A stretch of 64,000 nt of DNA, from assembly GCA_946965045.2 (NCBI GenBank), contig OX459761.1, forward strand, positions 62,001 to 126,000, given 5' to 3'. The notes under the pieces were generated by a model that was not told the origin of the DNA, searched no databases, and saw only the letters and a list, made by a program, of their open reading frames with translations. Made by a program: the position numbers and the translations under genes. Source of the stretch: Epithemia pelagica. Taxonomy: Eukaryota > Protista > Bacillariophyta. This document shows, in pieces, positions 60,201-64,000 of the stretch (position 1 is its first letter; the number at the start of each line of letters is the position of its first letter).

Positions 60201-61525
60201 ATGTTTTAGTTAGTTATATGCCTTGGCAAGGTTATAATTTTGAAGATGCTATTTTAATAAATGAAAGATTAGTATTTGATGATATTTTTACATCAATTCA
60301 TATTGAACGTTATAAAATTGAAATTGATCGAAATTCGGATGCTTCAGAACAAATAACAAAAAATATTCCAAATTTGAATTCATATGAAACAAAACACTTA
60401 ACTAGTGATGGAATTGTTATGGTTGGAACATTTGTAAAACCAAATGATATATTGGTAGGAAAAGTTATTTCAAATAATACTTCGGAACAATTACCAGAAT
60501 CAAAATTACTTAGAGCAATTTTTGGTGCTAAAGCTAAAGGAGTAAAAGATAATTCTTATAGAATGCCTGATGGGGAATATGGTCGAGTTATTGAAACTGT
60601 AACATTTAATCGTAGAACAAAATTAACATATAAATTTGAAAAAATTTACGTTTTTATTGCACAACTTAGAAAAATACAAGTAGGGGATAAAATTGCAGGT
60701 CGTCATGGGAATAAAGGAATCATTTCTCGAATTTTACCTAGACAAGATATGCCATTTTTACCTGATGGTACACCAATTGATATTATCTTAAATCCATTAG
60801 GGGTACCTTCTCGAATGAATGTTGGTCAATTGTATGAATGTCTATTAGGATTAGCTGGTGATAAACTAAATTCACGATTCAAAATTTTACCATTTGATGA
60901 AATGTATGGATTAGAAATTTCCCGAATTTTAATTAATAAGAAATTACGTCAAGCATCTATTAGACAAAATCAAAGTTGGATATTTAACCCATATGCACCT
61001 GGAAAAATGGTTTTAGTGGATGGTAGAACAGGTCAAGAATTTGAAAATCCTATTACTGTAGGAAATGCTTATATGTTAAAATTGATTCATTTAGTTGATG
61101 ATAAAATGCATGCACGTGCTACAGGACCATATTCTTTAATTACTCAACAACCTTTAAGAGGGAAAGCTCAACATGGTGGTCAAAGATTTGGAGAAATGGA
61201 AGTTTGGGCATTAGAGGGCTTTGGTGCAGCTTTTACTTTGAAAGAATTATTAACAATAAAATCAGACGATATGCAAGGTCGAAATGAAACTTTAAATGCT
61301 ATTGTTAAAGGGCAACAAATTCCAAAATTTGGAATTCCAGAATCTTTTAAAGTTTTATTACATGAATTACGTTCAATTGGGTTAGATATGAGTACTTATA
61401 AAATTGAAAGATTTAGTTCAAATAAAAGATATGAAATGGAAGTTAATTTAATTGAGAAATACAATCCTTTATTAAAAACATTTTCTCCAACTGCCAATAT
61501 AAATATAAACGATATTTCATTTTAA
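57284..61525 (+). CDS. rpoB: RNA polymerase beta (alternative ATG 57296)
   Basis: [39 protein letters not shown]. Confidence 0.99.
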
Positions 61526-61530
61526 TAATA

Positions 61531-63627
61531 ATGATAACATTTACCAAAGAATTTGATTATATAAAAATTAAATTAGCTTCACCAGTTCGAATTCTACAAT
61601 GGGCCAATCGAAAATTGCCCAACGGTCAATTTGTAGGCGAAGTTCAAAAACCAGAAACAATAAATTATCGAACCTTTAAACCTGAGATGGATGGGTTATT
61701 TTGTGAACGAATCTTTGGACCAAGTAAAAGTTTAGAGTGTGCATGTGGAAAATATAAACGTGTACGATATGAAGGTTTAATTTGTGAACGATGTGGCGTA
61801 GAATTAACAGAATCACGTGTTCGACGTCATAGAATGGGATATATAAATTTAATTTATCCGGTTACTCATGTTTGGTATATAAATAGTCGCCCAAATTTTA
61901 TGGCATTATTATTAGAAGTGGAAGAATGTGAAAAAGAATTAAATACGACTTATATACGAAATTCTGAAAAATGTAAAAATAAGAAATTTGAAAAACCCAT
62001 AACTTCTGCAAATGTTGATTTGTGGGATGAAAGAATTAAGAGAATAAAACTAGCTTCTCTAGCTTATTTTATAGCGGAAGATGAAATATCATTTTATGGT
62101 CTACATTGGGATTTACAACAATATCGACGCAGTCGTGAATTAGGCCGTACTAGTTATCCTTTAAAGCCTTATCCAAAACCTCAGAATAGAAGATACAATA
62201 CACCGAAATACTTATTACGTGCAACACCAAGTTTTCTTATTGGGGCACCATTAATTAAACGTGAATTAGAAAAACTTAATTTAAAATCTGAAATCTTTCG
62301 TACAAGATCATTTATTTTAATTTGTACTAAAGTTTTAAATAAAGAAGAACCTTTATACAATGAATCAAGATGGTTTCGAAAATGGGAACAACAAAGAATG
62401 TACAAAATACGTGAACAAGCAATTAAACGTACTCGTATATTAGAAAATTTAATTGGAACAGGTTCCAATCCGTCATGGATGATTCTAACTATTTTACCAG
62501 TAATTCCACCAGCTTTAAGACCTATGATTCAATTAGAAGGAGGACGATTTGCAACCTCTGATTTAAATGAATTATATCGTCGAATTATTACTAGAAACAA
62601 TAGATTATTACGATTATTAGAAATAGGTGCTCCGCAATTAATTATTCGAAATGAAAAAAGGCTTTTACAAGAAGCAGTAGATACTCTAATTGATAATGGA
62701 AAACGAGGAAAAATTGCATTAAGTGCTAACAACCGACCTTTAAAATCTTTATCAGATATTATTAAAGGAAAACATGGCCGTTTTCGTCAAAATTTATTAG
62801 GAAAAAGGGTTGACTATTCAGGTCGTTCAGTTATTGTGGTAGGTCCAAGCTTAAAACTGAATCAATGTGGGCTTCCTTATGAAATGGCAGTTGAATTATT
62901 TCAACCTTTTATTATCAGAGAATTGATTAATCAAGGTTTAGCTAGTAATATGAAAATTGCAAAAAATTTGATACAACAAAATGAATCTATTATTGACCCA
63001 GTTCTTGAGAAAGTTATAAAGAATCATCCGATTTTTTTAAATCGAGCACCCACTCTTCATCGATTAGGAATTCAAGCATTTGAATCTGTTTTAGTTCAAG
63101 GGAGAGCAATTAAGTTACATCCTTTGGTCTGTTCAGCTTTTAATGCAGATTTTGATGGTGATCAAATGGCAGTTCATATTCCATTATCTCTAGAAGCTCA
63201 AGCAGAATGTTATATGTTAATGTTAGCACCTTATAATTTTTTATCCCCAGCCAATGGAGATCCAATAATTATGCCAAGTCAAGATATGGTTTTAGGTTGC
63301 TATTATTTAACATTAAATAATATTCCAGGTTTACAAGGTTCTAGTCATTATTTTTCAAATTTAGATGACGTAATTTTAGCCTATAATCAAAATAAAATTG
63401 AAATTCACAGTTCAATTTGGGTTCGAGTATCCGAAAAAACTCCGATTATAAGTAAGTTAATTAAAACTATTGAGTTAGCCGATAATACCAAAATTCTATA
63501 TTATGAAGATGCACAAATTCGTAAAACAAAGGAAGGAGAAATTATTGTCCAATATTTAAAAATGACAACCGGACGCGCAATTTTAAATTATATAATTAAA
63601 AAAACTTTGAATTTTATAGAAACTTAA
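61531..63627 (+). CDS. rpoC1: RNA polymerase beta'
   Basis: [19 protein letters not shown]. Confidence 0.99.
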   Translation: MITFTKEFDYIKIKLASPVRILQWANRKLPNGQFVGEVQKPETINYRTFKPEMDGLFCERIFGPSKSLECACGKYKRVRYEGLICERCGVELTESRVRRHRMGYINLIYPVTHVWYINSRPNFMALLLEVEECEKELNTTYIRNSEKCKNKKFEKPITSANVDLWDERIKRIKLASLAYFIAEDEISFYGLHWDLQQYRRSRELGRTSYPLKPYPKPQNRRYNTPKYLLRATPSFLIGAPLIKRELEKLNLKSEIFRTRSFILICTKVLNKEEPLYNESRWFRKWEQQRMYKIREQAIKRTRILENLIGTGSNPSWMILTILPVIPPALRPMIQLEGGRFATSDLNELYRRIITRNNRLLRLLEIGAPQLIIRNEKRLLQEAVDTLIDNGKRGKIALSANNRPLKSLSDIIKGKHGRFRQNLLGKRVDYSGRSVIVVGPSLKLNQCGLPYEMAVELFQPFIIRELINQGLASNMKIAKNLIQQNESIIDPVLEKVIKNHPIFLNRAPTLHRLGIQAFESVLVQGRAIKLHPLVCSAFNADFDGDQMAVHIPLSLEAQAECYMLMLAPYNFLSPANGDPIIMPSQDMVLGCYYLTLNNIPGLQGSSHYFSNLDDVILAYNQNKIEIHSSIWVRVSEKTPIISKLIKTIELADNTKILYYEDAQIRKTKEGEIIVQYLKMTTGRAILNYIIKKTLNFIET

Positions 63628-63656
63628 ACCTAAAAGTTAGAAACCAAATATATCTC

Positions 63657-64000
63657 ATGGAAACTTACACTTATCAAAATAATTTAATTGGGAAAAAACA
63701 ATTACGTCAATTATTGGCGTGGAGTTTTACAAATTATGATTCAATGCAAGCTTGTGCTCTTGCAGATGAATTAAAATATTTAGGATTTAGGTATGCTAGT
63801 CAAGCTGGAATTTCAATTAGTATTGAAGATCTACGTGTTCCATTTGTAAAGAGTTTAATGTTAGAAAAAGCTAATCAAGACATTTTAAATTCGGAAAAGA
63901 TCTATTTAAAAGGAAAAATTACCGATGTTGAACGATTTCAAAAAATTATTGATACATGGAGTTTAACGAGTGAATCTTTAAAAGAACAAGTCATATATTA
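63657..64000 (+). CDS. rpoC2: RNA polymerase beta'', 5' part (runs off window end)
   Basis: ATG 63657, …ADELKYLGFRYASQAGISISIEDL…. Confidence 0.96.
   Translation, partial: METYTYQNNLIGKKQLRQLLAWSFTNYDSMQACALADELKYLGFRYASQAGISISIEDLRVPFVKSLMLEKANQDILNSEKIYLKGKITDVERFQKIIDTWSLTSESLKEQVIY

Overview
This is a 64-kb segment of a diatom (red-lineage secondary) plastid genome. It runs from the end of the ribosomal-protein operon (rpoA to tufA-rps10), through one rRNA operon on the minus strand with ycf89 and trnP, then photosystem, cytochrome, ATP synthase and tRNA genes, and ends in rpoB-rpoC1-rpoC2. Two independent group IIB introns interrupt psaA (14979-18482) and psbB (35880-38826). Each encodes an intact RT/maturase/HNH protein. 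The most unusual signal is that both introns also carry extra cargo genes from one family of small Gly/Ala/Cys-rich proteins, with motif D-x2-C-x20/22-PG-x13-GC-x2-F-x3-C. The psaA intron carries two copies plus a translationally coupled 40-aa ORF in domain I. The psbB intron carries one copy in domain IV. Decayed free-standing members lie between rps10 and rrn5, where one copy appears inserted into another between 13-bp direct repeats. A second accessory island (43.5-45.1 kb) has 103-bp direct repeats around a similar hydrophobic-ORF plus small-ORF pair and a probable ffs RNA. All alignments and RNA folds were done by eye; no database searches were run.
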